Source: Candidatus Woesearchaeota archaeon
Lineage (GTDB): Archaea; Nanobdellota; Nanobdellia; Woesearchaeales; GW2011-AR15
Reading direction: 5' to 3'
Assembly (NCBI GenBank): GCA_016935095.1
Contig: JAFGRO010000021.1
Span: 916-64,915, forward strand
DNA length: 64,000 nt
Position 1 is the stretch's first letter; the number at the start of each line of letters is the position of its first letter. Position numbers and translations under genes: made by a program. Under the pieces are notes generated by a model. It had not been told where the DNA came from. It made no database searches and was given only the letters and a program-made list of their open reading frames with translations. Positions 48,271 through 56,871 of the stretch are shown piece by piece.

Positions 48271-50970
48271 TCATGATAGGAATATACCTGGTTTTGCCAA
48301 AGGATCCATAGCATCGTACCTTCCATTGACAAGTTTTGCCGCAAACCTGCATCCTCCAAGACAACCATTTAAGTATTTGCACTCCTTGCATCTGTCCGGA
48401 AAGACCTTCAATTTTCTTATGTCTGCAGATAAACCGCAGGTCCAAGCTTTTTCTAATGGATCATTCAATATTCTTCCTATCTCTTCATTAATAGAATAAC
48501 AGGGTTTGATATTGCCGGAAGGATCAATAACAAGCTTATCAAATATTCCGCATATAGTTGCGCCTTTTGAAAAAAGTTTTACCTTCTCAGGTTCATATGC
48601 ACAAAAAGGGATTCCGTCAACAAATATTTCATCATACCTTTTAGTCAATAAAAGAAGCTTTTCAATCAATATCCTAACATCATCATTGTCAATAGGCATC
48701 TTATTATCAGCTGTCGGTACAGGCCTTGCCAAGAACCATTCAACCTCCATTTCACCTATCAGCCTGAAATATTTTTCCAGCTGATAAATATTGTCCTTTA
48801 TCAAGACAGTGTTTAGCCTAAAAGGAATATTGTTTTTATTAAGAGAAGTAATTAGCTTTTTTTTGAAAGAGACTTCATCCTGGTTTAGAGAATGAAACGG
48901 CAGAAGCATATAATCAACAATGCCCCTCAGTGCGGAAAAATCATTGATAAGTGTGCCATTAGTGTTAACCAAAGTATATAGTGATTTAGATTTGGCATAT
49001 TTCAATATTTCATATAAATCTTTCCTAAGAAATGGCTCACCTCCTGTGAATCTAATGTTCCTGACTCCTGAACTTGCGATTTTATCAATAATATCAAATA
49101 TCTTTTTTTTCGGTAAATCTGGCAGGTTTCTTGAAAAACTATTCTTATTATAACAGAAATTGCATTTAAGATTGCATCTGGAAGTTATTTCAAACTTGAT
49201 TTCGTATGGTTTGTCAATTATGGAGATGTTTTTGTTTTTATCTATCTTTACCAATTCTTTATATATTCCAGGATGAGGATGAACCACCTTGACCTCAATT
49301 TTTTCAACATCTGGCAATGAATAAATAGTCTCAAGAAGAGTCTCAGCATTTATAATGGTTAAAGGCAATATTATAGACACCTCCTTTCCTAGAGAAACAA
49401 TATTTTTTAAGCCAGTTATGGATTGAGATAATGTATTTTCTGTATCTGTCATAAAATCATTAATTTTATTATTCACTGCCGTAAAAAGAACAAAATAAAA
49501 ATTATCTACAAAATCAGCTGTCTTTTCACAAAATTGTCTATAACAAAACATTCGTCCATTTGTATACAAACTAATATTGAATCCCTGCCCTTTAGCAAAA
49601 GCCAGAATATCAACGAAGTCTTTTCTGATATCTGCATTGCAGGGAAATATAATTTCTGAAATACCCTTTTTCTTAAGATCTACAATTTCCTTTCTTATAT
49701 CCTCATAAGATTTGTCAAATAGTTCTTTGTCACCAAAGTCCGTGCAAAAAGTGCAATTATTATTGCAGATACTTCCACATTTAATCAAAGCAGGCTCAGT
49801 ATAGGTATCTTGAAGAGAATTTTCATTTATTCCCTGTTCTTCAGATAAAGTATTTTCTTTTAAGTGTATTTGCTGTATTGCTCCGATGGAGCAGACTTCT
49901 AGACAGCACAAACATTGTATGCATTTTTTTTTATTAATAATATATTTTCCGTGAGACTTTTTAATAGCATCTGCAGGGCAGGATTTAATACACGCACCAC
50001 ATAATTTACATTTTTCAGTAATCCATAATTCAAATGATTCTGTCGTTTTATTCAGCATTTTTTTATAAGATGAATGCTTCTTAAATGAATCTATTGCTTG
50101 CAATCTCTGACCATAAATTTTTATTTTTCTAAAGTCATTAGTACCAAACCCCCGAAGTGCTGCATATCTTGATGTTAATATTTTGGAAGGTGTGTGTCCT
50201 GTTAATTTTGATGCGACTGTATCAATGGCCACAGCATCTTCTGATGTAATAATATAGCCTATCTTAACTGGTAAACCTGTTGTAGGACCTCCCTCGCCTT
50301 CCATTGCAACAACTGCATCCATAATATTAAGCTTTATCTTAGGCCGGATAAAAGAAAAAACATCAACGATTGCCTGATTGAAGTCTGTTATATCCTTGAT
50401 TAGACTGTCCAAGCATTTCCTTCCTTCAGGAGATAAAAAACCAATACAGTTTTTTATCGCACCTGTCAAATATGTTATTGAATGGGACTTGAGTTTTGGA
50501 AGATTTATTATTACATCCGCATCAAAATATGCTTCTGCAAAACCTGTTTTATTCAGTACCACACTATCTTTAATATATTTTTCCACAAATCCTTCATACT
50601 GAAAATCCCTGAAAGAGGAATTAGTATCCTGGATAATTTTTTTAATTCCTGTCTTTTCAATGGCCTCTTTGGGGCTTCCTGAAAGAGTTGATGCTGTCTG
50701 TTCGCCAACATAAACATAAGGCGTGATTTCTTTTACCAGTTCTATGACTGCTCTAATTAAAAGTGGATGAGTAACTGCAGCTTTTTCAGGAGTTCTGCAA
50801 GTACATATATTCGGTTTTATAAGTACTTTATCTTTTTGTTTTACATATTTATTCAATCCTCCAAGCAAATCTAAGGATTTTTGGATAGCTTTTTTTATAT
50901 TCTTATATCCATCACATTTCACTAATGCTAAATCTGACATCATGATATTGTTAATACATGTTTTATCCAT
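48271..50970 (-). CDS. Fusion: DUF362-like domain, 2x[4Fe-4S] ferredoxin, HxsC-like rSAM, rSAM/SPASM
   Basis: VLIKPN...THP, INLPKLKSH..TGAIKN, D.VAID; CKLCGACIKSCP and CIQCLCCLEVC; CNNNCTFC; CNLKCNFC/TGGEP with CKECKYLNGCLGGC. Confidence 0.85.
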   Translation of the reverse strand: MDKTCINNIMMSDLALVKCDGYKNIKKAIQKSLDLLGGLNKYVKQKDKVLIKPNICTCRTPEKAAVTHPLLIRAVIELVKEITPYVYVGEQTASTLSGSPKEAIEKTGIKKIIQDTNSSFRDFQYEGFVEKYIKDSVVLNKTGFAEAYFDADVIINLPKLKSHSITYLTGAIKNCIGFLSPEGRKCLDSLIKDITDFNQAIVDVFSFIRPKIKLNIMDAVVAMEGEGGPTTGLPVKIGYIITSEDAVAIDTVASKLTGHTPSKILTSRYAALRGFGTNDFRKIKIYGQRLQAIDSFKKHSSYKKMLNKTTESFELWITEKCKLCGACIKSCPADAIKKSHGKYIINKKKCIQCLCCLEVCSIGAIQQIHLKENTLSEEQGINENSLQDTYTEPALIKCGSICNNNCTFCTDFGDKELFDKSYEDIRKEIVDLKKKGISEIIFPCNADIRKDFVDILAFAKGQGFNISLYTNGRMFCYRQFCEKTADFVDNFYFVLFTAVNNKINDFMTDTENTLSQSITGLKNIVSLGKEVSIILPLTIINAETLLETIYSLPDVEKIEVKVVHPHPGIYKELVKIDKNKNISIIDKPYEIKFEITSRCNLKCNFCYNKNSFSRNLPDLPKKKIFDIIDKIASSGVRNIRFTGGEPFLRKDLYEILKYAKSKSLYTLVNTNGTLINDFSALRGIVDYMLLPFHSLNQDEVSFKKKLITSLNKNNIPFRLNTVLIKDNIYQLEKYFRLIGEMEVEWFLARPVPTADNKMPIDNDDVRILIEKLLLLTKRYDEIFVDGIPFCAYEPEKVKLFSKGATICGIFDKLVIDPSGNIKPCYSINEEIGRILNDPLEKAWTCGLSADIRKLKVFPDRCKECKYLNGCLGGCRFAAKLVNGRYDAMDPLAKPGIFLS

Positions 50971-51204
50971 TTATTTTAATAGGAAATTGGAGTATATATT
51001 TAAAAAAATCCTTTAATCCTCAAACTTAAAAGTACAGATAGTTGCAAGCAGTGCAATTTACACATGATAATTCTCTTCCTGTCCACCTGTTCAAGGAAAA
51101 TACAAAAATACCTCTTAAAATTGAGAGATAATATGTGTTGAAATGCAAAAAAGTGTAGATATCTCTTTGCTGAATTGAATTAATAAATATGAGACTAATT
51201 AGTA

Positions 51205-51597
51205 CTAGTAGCTTGCATGGCTGCCGTGGCTGCTGTGGCTACCGTGGCTGCTGTGGCTGCCGTGGCTGCTGTGGCTGCTGTGGCTGCCGTGGCTGCCGTG
51301 GCTGCCGTGGCTGCCGTGACTGCTGTGACTGCCGTGACTGGCGTGACTGGCGTGGCTGCTGTGGCTGGCGTGATGTGTGTGTGTTGCTGTGACTGTACAG
51401 GACGTGGCTGTACAACTTCCCCCCAATACAATCGTTCCTGCTTTTACCTCTTTTGCACTCAGAACAGCTGAAATTGCCGCTGTGCCAATAAAAGTTCCAA
51501 GAGTAAATAAAGAATGCTTTGATATATTCCCCTCTTCATTCATTATAAAAGAAGATATTTTTTTCTTAATTTTAGGCAACACGCTCTTTTTTGGCAA
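51205..51597 (-). CDS. hxsA: His-Xaa-Ser repeat precursor peptide (HxsA-like) with prepilin-like hydrophobic leader
   Basis: 18 consecutive H-[AGS]-S triplets, then Tyr-stop. TTG start with GAGGT SD upstream. Directly downstream of HxsB/HxsD homologs. Third-position variants (AGC/AGT, GGC/GGT, CAC/CAT) are synonymous in this frame. Confidence 0.9.
   Translation of the reverse strand: MPKKSVLPKIKKKISSFIMNEEGNISKHSLFTLGTFIGTAAISAVLSAKEVKAGTIVLGGSCTATSCTVTATHTHHASHSSHASHASHGSHSSHGSHGSHGSHGSHSSHSSHGSHSSHGSHSSHGSHASY
51211..51372 (-). repeat. 9-nt tandem repeat x18 encoding (His-Xaa-Ser)18
   Basis: Plus-strand units such as gctgccgtg, gctgctgtg and actggcgtg, counted directly; 162 nt. Confidence 0.97.
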
Positions 51598-51648
51598 TTT
51601 CAGGTACCTCTAAATAAAATTACAAATATTACCAATAAAAGCCATTAT

Positions 51649-51663
51649 ATTTATAATTTTTTC
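51649..51663 (-). promoter_or_regulatory. BRE/TATA-like promoter dedicated to the HXS precursor
   Basis: The minus strand reads gaaaaaa-ttataaat about 52 nt upstream of the TTG, between the hxsB stop and the precursor start. Confidence 0.5.
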
Positions 51664-51680
51664 TAATTAGAAAAAGAAAA

Positions 51681-53099
51681 TCACAGCTTATAAGGGGTTT
51701 TTAATTTTCCTTTTTTAAGATTTTCATTAAATTTAGTGTCAAAAATAATCTTTTCAAATAAATAATCAAACTGTCCTTTTAAAATCCTGCACCTGAAATC
51801 TGTTGCAAGCTTCGGGATCAGGTTTCCTGTGGACATATAACAGTTTACAGGGCACAAACCACAATAAGGCTGGTATGTACATGAATTGCACAAACAGGCA
51901 TCATTAACAGATGATGAAATTAAGCTACATGTTTTCTCAGAACATAGGACTTCCCTATAACTGTTTTCAAAAACAGTACCAAGCTTAAAAATTTCTTCAC
52001 CAACCATCCGTCCTTCATCACAACTGTAAATACTGCCATTAAACTGGTAAGCCAGCTGGCCAATTGCCGCGCCGCAGGGACTCATCAAATCTAAGTACAT
52101 AGGATCTTCTTTAGTCATGATTTTCAATAACATGTATAAACTCGAAACCTCGATTATATTATCTTGCAAATAAACATAATCAATTATTTTTTTCCAGAAT
52201 TCAAGATATTCCTCTGGAGAGTATGAGATTTTTTTCCATATATTTAATGCATATCCAAGATTATTAAGGAATCTGATCCATAATCTGGATAGTTTTAAAC
52301 TCTGATATGCATCAATTATTTCCATAGGGTATTTTAAAGAATTTTTAGTAGTAACCATCAATGCATTTATACCTATTTTATTTCTTTTTTTTATTGCTTT
52401 TATCCATTTTATTACATCAGGATAAGAGCTTCCCCTGTTTAATAATTTCCTGTTGAAATCATGTACTATTTTCGGCCCGTCTAATGAAGTGCATATACCA
52501 ACTTTATTATCTTCTAAAAATTTCAGGATTTCATCATTCATCAAGGTTAGGTTAGTTACAATTGAAAACCTTAAATCTTTCTTATATTCTGAATTGAGCT
52601 TTTTAGCATAATTTATAATGAATTTTACAATATCAAAATTAACCAGAGGCTCGCCTCCCTGGAATTCAATTGTAAGGGCATTTGAAGGGGCCTGAAAAAT
52701 AAATTCAACTGTTTTTTGAGCTGTTATTTTGTCCATATCATATTCTTTTTTAGATATGTGTTTAGAGGCTGAATGGCAATAAACGCATGCCATATTGCAT
52801 CTAAGTGTTACTACAATTATATGCAGTGATGTTCCCTGAAAAAGCTGCCTTTTTTTCCTTTTATAAGAGTCTACAATCATGTCAAAATTATTTTTAGTTA
52901 GAATAATTCCCTTTTCTTCCAGATTGAGATATAATTCTTCAGTTAGAGTATGCCCCATTAGTTTTGCATATTCTTCTCTTTTCAGAGCAGCCCAAGAGCC
53001 GGAATCTGTCACTATTAAAATCCTGTCCCTGATTTTTTTGGTCTTAATATTATTCAGCTTATAATCAGAAAGAATTTTTCTCCCGTTAATAAATTGCAT
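51681..53099 (-). CDS. hxsB: His-Xaa-Ser system radical SAM/SPASM maturase HxsB
   Basis: TSLHIIVVTLRCNMACVYC, IEFQGGEPL, TSLDGP..HD.NR, DLMSPCGAAIGQLAY...YSCDEGRM and C..C.YQPYCG.CP, all characteristic of HxsB. Confidence 0.9.
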   Translation of the reverse strand: MQFINGRKILSDYKLNNIKTKKIRDRILIVTDSGSWAALKREEYAKLMGHTLTEELYLNLEEKGIILTKNNFDMIVDSYKRKKRQLFQGTSLHIIVVTLRCNMACVYCHSASKHISKKEYDMDKITAQKTVEFIFQAPSNALTIEFQGGEPLVNFDIVKFIINYAKKLNSEYKKDLRFSIVTNLTLMNDEILKFLEDNKVGICTSLDGPKIVHDFNRKLLNRGSSYPDVIKWIKAIKKRNKIGINALMVTTKNSLKYPMEIIDAYQSLKLSRLWIRFLNNLGYALNIWKKISYSPEEYLEFWKKIIDYVYLQDNIIEVSSLYMLLKIMTKEDPMYLDLMSPCGAAIGQLAYQFNGSIYSCDEGRMVGEEIFKLGTVFENSYREVLCSEKTCSLISSSVNDACLCNSCTYQPYCGLCPVNCYMSTGNLIPKLATDFRCRILKGQFDYLFEKIIFDTKFNENLKKGKLKTPYKL

Positions 53100-53337
53100 T
53101 TTGCATTAATCCTAATACATAATTATAAAAGTCATAACCTAAATTATTTATATCAATTTCTTTGGATTTAGGCTTTAAATTTACTGAAATTTGGTCATTC
53201 TTGTCTCCGTCCATAAATATCCAGCAGCTTTCAGTAAAGTCCTTAGAAGCAGCTAAAATTGCAGCAAAACCATAAAACCTTGTATCAAAATTCAGTTTAA
53301 CTTCATTCTTTTTTTTGTCAATAATAAGTTTATTCAT
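53086..53337 (-). CDS. Short HxsD-like protein
   Basis: Likely start ATG 53337 overlapping the upstream stop (ATGAATAA), 83 aa. FDTRFY...AIL.A...F...C.I...LKPK...LGYDFYNYVL parallels the neighbouring HxsD. Confidence 0.65.
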   Translation of the reverse strand: MNKLIIDKKKNEVKLNFDTRFYGFAAILAASKDFTESCWIFMDGDKNDQISVNLKPKSKEIDINNLGYDFYNYVLGLMQNAIY

Positions 53338-53851
53338 TGTCATTGCATGAATCACTTTCGTCCTTTTCCTGATCTTTGCCATATTTTTCTTCCCAGGGCA
53401 CTGCAATTCCAAGAGGATCATCAATATAATCCAGACCATCACTATCTGAATCATCATCATTTGTATCAACTTTATCATCGTCTGAACCTGGCTCTTCAAA
53501 TTCATCAATCAGATTGGTTGCAAGTGCTTTGCTAACAATTGCTTCTTTCACAGGTCTTGTTTTTTCTGAATTGATACTAAAAACAGCATAGTTAAGAAGT
53601 TCATTATTAAAATCCCTTCCAAGAGATTCAATATCCTGTGGATTTTTAGGCCTGAGCTCTACAATGATTTCTTCTTCGGGATCTCCTCCTAATAAGATAT
53701 ATGCCCTGTCTAAAAAAATATAACATGCAGAATAAACAATGTCCAGTGGATAAAAAACAGGATTCACCGAAACTGCTACATAACCCTCTTCATCATGTAA
53801 CTCAAGATTGTCTATTTTTCTTGTTTTGAAAGAAGATTCTTCTGAACTCAT
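53330..53851 (-). CDS. hxsD: His-Xaa-Ser system protein HxsD-like, with acidic C-terminal tail
   Basis: YPLDIVYSACY.F.DR...FNNELLNY.......T..VKE.IV..AL; tail DDPLGIAVPWEEKYG. ATG 53851 follows a G-rich SD. Confidence 0.8.
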   Translation of the reverse strand: MSSEESSFKTRKIDNLELHDEEGYVAVSVNPVFYPLDIVYSACYIFLDRAYILLGGDPEEEIIVELRPKNPQDIESLGRDFNNELLNYAVFSINSEKTRPVKEAIVSKALATNLIDEFEEPGSDDDKVDTNDDDSDSDGLDYIDDPLGIAVPWEEKYGKDQEKDESDSCNDNE

Positions 53852-53888
53852 TTTCCCCCCCACTTGTTTCTAGTTATCAGATATAAAA

Positions 53889-55025
53889 TTAATTTATAAA
53901 GCTTTCCAATAATTGTCTGAGAAATATTAAAAAATTTCCCCTGCACAGCAAGGTGATAATTACGCCTATGAACATGGATACGGCAAAGTGAATCTTTTCA
54001 TGTATAAAGATAATATGCTCTTTAATTTTTCCTCCTGAATGCAGAGTATTTATCTTTTTTACATCTTCTTTTGTAAGGGACTTGTAATTATCAAGGATAG
54101 TCTCCTTTTTCTGGAATGCTTCAAAAATACTATTAACAAATGAAATTGAGGTTTCTTTTTTTTTAGTGTATTCTCCCTTACTTTCAATTATATCCTCTGC
54201 CAGGCACATTCCCTGCTTTAATGATTCAATATAAATTGGTTTTGAAAAAGCAATAAAAGAGAGATTTAAGACAAAATATCTCAGCAAAACAAAGAAGAGA
54301 AACAGCATTAAGAAATTTATTAAAAAAGTTAAGCTAAATATATTCTGAAAATCAAACACAAATCTGATAATCGAGAGCAAGAATCCTATTGCTGTCATAT
54401 TAATATTCAGAATATTTGTAAAGAAAAGCATTAATATCAAAATAAATATTACATTGAATACCATTGTTGACTGTATTTTCAGGAATTGTAATACTGCTGT
54501 GGTTATTGTATAAAATCCAAAAAGGAATATTGCCGAGCTGAACAAAAATTTCGGGTCTAATACAAGTATAAATTGTCTCAACAGAATCTTAAATTTTATT
54601 TTAAAGATTATTTTTACTATAAAATACAAAAAAACAGGGGTGACTGTGTTTATAAGGAGGATATAAGACGGAAAATACCCTGTATTGCCCCATTTATAAA
54701 CTGATAACGGCACAAGCGCGGCATAAGCTAAAAATAATTTTGCATCTCCGGGAGCCCAGAGATTAGAGAGCCATAAAAAAAATCCAAAAACCAATGAGAT
54801 CAGGATATTAATAAAATAGATTTTTATATAGTCTATATTTATTTCTGTCCCTTTACTCTTTAAATAGAAAATAGCAATGAGCAGGCTTAATACAGAGCTT
54901 AAAATTGCAATAACAACCCATTTGTTCCTGATTTTATTGTATTTCAGGTCCTGGTAAGAGGTTATTATTCCAAAGACAATAATTATTATAATATTTATTG
55001 ATTCAAATATTGTAAAATAATCCAT
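53889..55025 (-). CDS. A24-family prepilin/preflagellin peptidase (GxGD aspartic protease)
   Basis: SYQDLKYNKIRN (first Asp) and WAPGDAKL (GxGD-type); polytopic, with an archaeal-type C-terminal region (L..GM.LAE...LT.EDV...HFA..MFIG). Confidence 0.85.
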   Translation of the reverse strand: MDYFTIFESINIIIIIVFGIITSYQDLKYNKIRNKWVVIAILSSVLSLLIAIFYLKSKGTEINIDYIKIYFINILISLVFGFFLWLSNLWAPGDAKLFLAYAALVPLSVYKWGNTGYFPSYILLINTVTPVFLYFIVKIIFKIKFKILLRQFILVLDPKFLFSSAIFLFGFYTITTAVLQFLKIQSTMVFNVIFILILMLFFTNILNINMTAIGFLLSIIRFVFDFQNIFSLTFLINFLMLFLFFVLLRYFVLNLSFIAFSKPIYIESLKQGMCLAEDIIESKGEYTKKKETSISFVNSIFEAFQKKETILDNYKSLTKEDVKKINTLHSGGKIKEHIIFIHEKIHFAVSMFIGVIITLLCRGNFLIFLRQLLESFIN

Positions 55026-55153
55026 GTTATTCCTTCATCCTCATTTATCCTCATGCATTCTGAAAATAAATATCTTCCTTAAAAAATATCAATCAGTAAA
55101 TAATAGCTAAATAAATATAAATTTTTATATATTTCAGTCATAATATAGATGTT

Positions 55154-55825
55154 ATGAAAAAAAACAAAAAGATCTCACTTGTTATCCCGACTCTTAACGA
55201 GGAAAAAAACATTGCATTTCTTTTAAAAAAAATTCCGGGATATATTGACGAGATAATAATTGTAGACGGATATTCCAGAGACAGGACAGTTGCTGTTGCA
55301 AAGAAATTTAATTGCAGAATGTTCTTTGACAAATTCGGCAAAGGCTCTGCAATAACAAAAGGGATTAAAAAAAGCAAAGGGGATTTTATAATCATCATGG
55401 ATGCTGATTTATCCCATAAAACAGATGAAATAAATCTTCTTATTAATGGTTTGCTAAAAGGATATGATGTAACAATGGGATCAAGGTTCATTAAAGGAGG
55501 TGGCAGCAGGGATATTTCTTTTATCAGGGTAATGGGAAATAAATTTTTTGTCATCCTTGTAAACTTCCTGTTTAGAGCAAAATATACAGATCTATGTTAT
55601 GGGTACCGTGCTTTTAAAAGAGAATCTGTTAATGTCCTTAACCTCAAAAGCAAAGGATTTTCAATTGAAACAGAAATTTCTATTAAATGCGCAAAAAAAA
55701 AACTAAAGGTCCTGGAAATCCCGAGTTTTGAAAAAAAGAGGAGATTCGGCAAAGGGAAACTAAGGGCTATAGAAGACGGACTTAAAATTATGGAAACAAT
55801 AATTAAAGAGGTAGTAAACAGATGA
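55154..55825 (+). CDS. GT2 glycosyltransferase (polyprenol-phosphate glycosyltransferase-like)
   Basis: VIPTLNEE, VDGYS.D.T, GKG.A, MDADLSH, GSRF and TDLCYGYRAF motifs. Confidence 0.92.
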   Translation: MKKNKKISLVIPTLNEEKNIAFLLKKIPGYIDEIIIVDGYSRDRTVAVAKKFNCRMFFDKFGKGSAITKGIKKSKGDFIIIMDADLSHKTDEINLLINGLLKGYDVTMGSRFIKGGGSRDISFIRVMGNKFFVILVNFLFRAKYTDLCYGYRAFKRESVNVLNLKSKGFSIETEISIKCAKKKLKVLEIPSFEKKRRFGKGKLRAIEDGLKIMETIIKEVVNR

Positions 55826-56859
55826 GAAGATTATCTTATTTTTCATTAAATATCATAAAAGCAAACTTTGGTTTAAATAAAAGGCCGTTTAAACTAAATC
55901 TTTTTATTACAAAAGACTGCAATTGCAGGTGTAAAGCATGCAGTATATGGAAAAAAAAAGAAAGTAATGAATTAAATAATCAGGAACTGCAAAGATTTTT
56001 TAAAAAGAACAGTTATTTTTCATGGATTGACATAACCGGCGGTGAGATTTTTTTACGCAAAGACATAATTGAAATTTTTGAAATCATAATAAACAGCAAT
56101 AAAAATCTTTATTTACTGCATTTTCCGACAAACGGGATATTAACTGAGAAGATTATTGAAACAGTAAAAAAAATATTTTCAATATATAATAAAAAATTAA
56201 TAGTCACAGTCAGCATTGACGGCCCTGAGAAATTGCATGATTATATGCGCGGGAAAAAAGGCACATGGAAGAAAGCAGTAGAGACCTTTAAAAAAATAGA
56301 TTCCATAAAAAAAGGCATTGCTTATATTGGTTTTACTTCTTCTGAATATAATTCAGGAAAACTGAAAGAGACATATACTGCCTTAAAAAAAGAATTGCCT
56401 TTCCTTACTTATGACCAAATTCACATAAATCTGGCACAGAATTCAGAAATATATTATATGAAAAGAGATATAGATACTATGCACAATAAAAAAGAAAAGC
56501 TGAAAGATATTGATTTGTCAATCACAAGCAAAAAGATCGGATTTAATCCTTTTTCTTATTTTGAAAAAAAATATCTGGTATTGCTGAAAAAATTCCTGGA
56601 AACAGGGGAATATCCGTTTGCAATATGCAGTGCGCTTAACAGCACAATTACAATTAATCCCGAGGGAGATATTTATCCGTGCCTGTTTTTTAATAAAAAG
56701 CTTGGGTCTATTAGAGAAACAAATTATAATCTAGATTCTGTTTTTGACAAGAAAAGAAGAGAATTAAAAAAAAATATTTTAAAGCATTGTCCCAACTGCT
56801 GGTCCGCATGTGAAGCCTATCCTTCATTAATATCAAGAATATATGATCGTTTTTTTTAG
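55822..56859 (+). CDS. Radical SAM protein with SPASM/twitch-type C-terminal domain
   Basis: CNCRCKAC, TGGE, SIDGP..HD, CSA...INPEGDIYPC...CPNCWSAC; ATGA overlap with the GT2 gene. Confidence 0.88.
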   Translation: MRRLSYFSLNIIKANFGLNKRPFKLNLFITKDCNCRCKACSIWKKKESNELNNQELQRFFKKNSYFSWIDITGGEIFLRKDIIEIFEIIINSNKNLYLLHFPTNGILTEKIIETVKKIFSIYNKKLIVTVSIDGPEKLHDYMRGKKGTWKKAVETFKKIDSIKKGIAYIGFTSSEYNSGKLKETYTALKKELPFLTYDQIHINLAQNSEIYYMKRDIDTMHNKKEKLKDIDLSITSKKIGFNPFSYFEKKYLVLLKKFLETGEYPFAICSALNSTITINPEGDIYPCLFFNKKLGSIRETNYNLDSVFDKKRRELKKNILKHCPNCWSACEAYPSLISRIYDRFF

Positions 56860-56871
56860 TTTCAGGAATAT

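Noticed and set aside
51026-51150. Tiny minus-strand frame ending ...RELSCVNCTACNYLYF* (CxxCxxC) between the precursor and the DUF362 fusion, a possible second peptide
   Set aside because: About 40 codons at most, only TTG starts with poorly spaced SD, and no other support. Probably chance, though cheap to check by tBLASTn.
51211-51372. Possible CRISPR array
   Set aside because: Contiguous 9-nt units with no spacers, and no cas genes. No CRISPR array was seen anywhere in the window.
51189-51471. Alternative-frame ORFs over the 9-nt repeat: Cys/Gly-rich (GCRGCC..., metallothionein-like), (AAV)n and (ATA)n
   Set aside because: These are shadows of the HXS repeat. Third-position variation is synonymous in the HXS frame, which also has an SD, a leader and HxsB/HxsD neighbours.
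53338-53508. N-terminal 57 aa of the 140-aa ORF 53086..53508
   Set aside because: Out-of-frame overlap with the acidic tail of HxsD; the coupled ATG at 53337 is more plausible.
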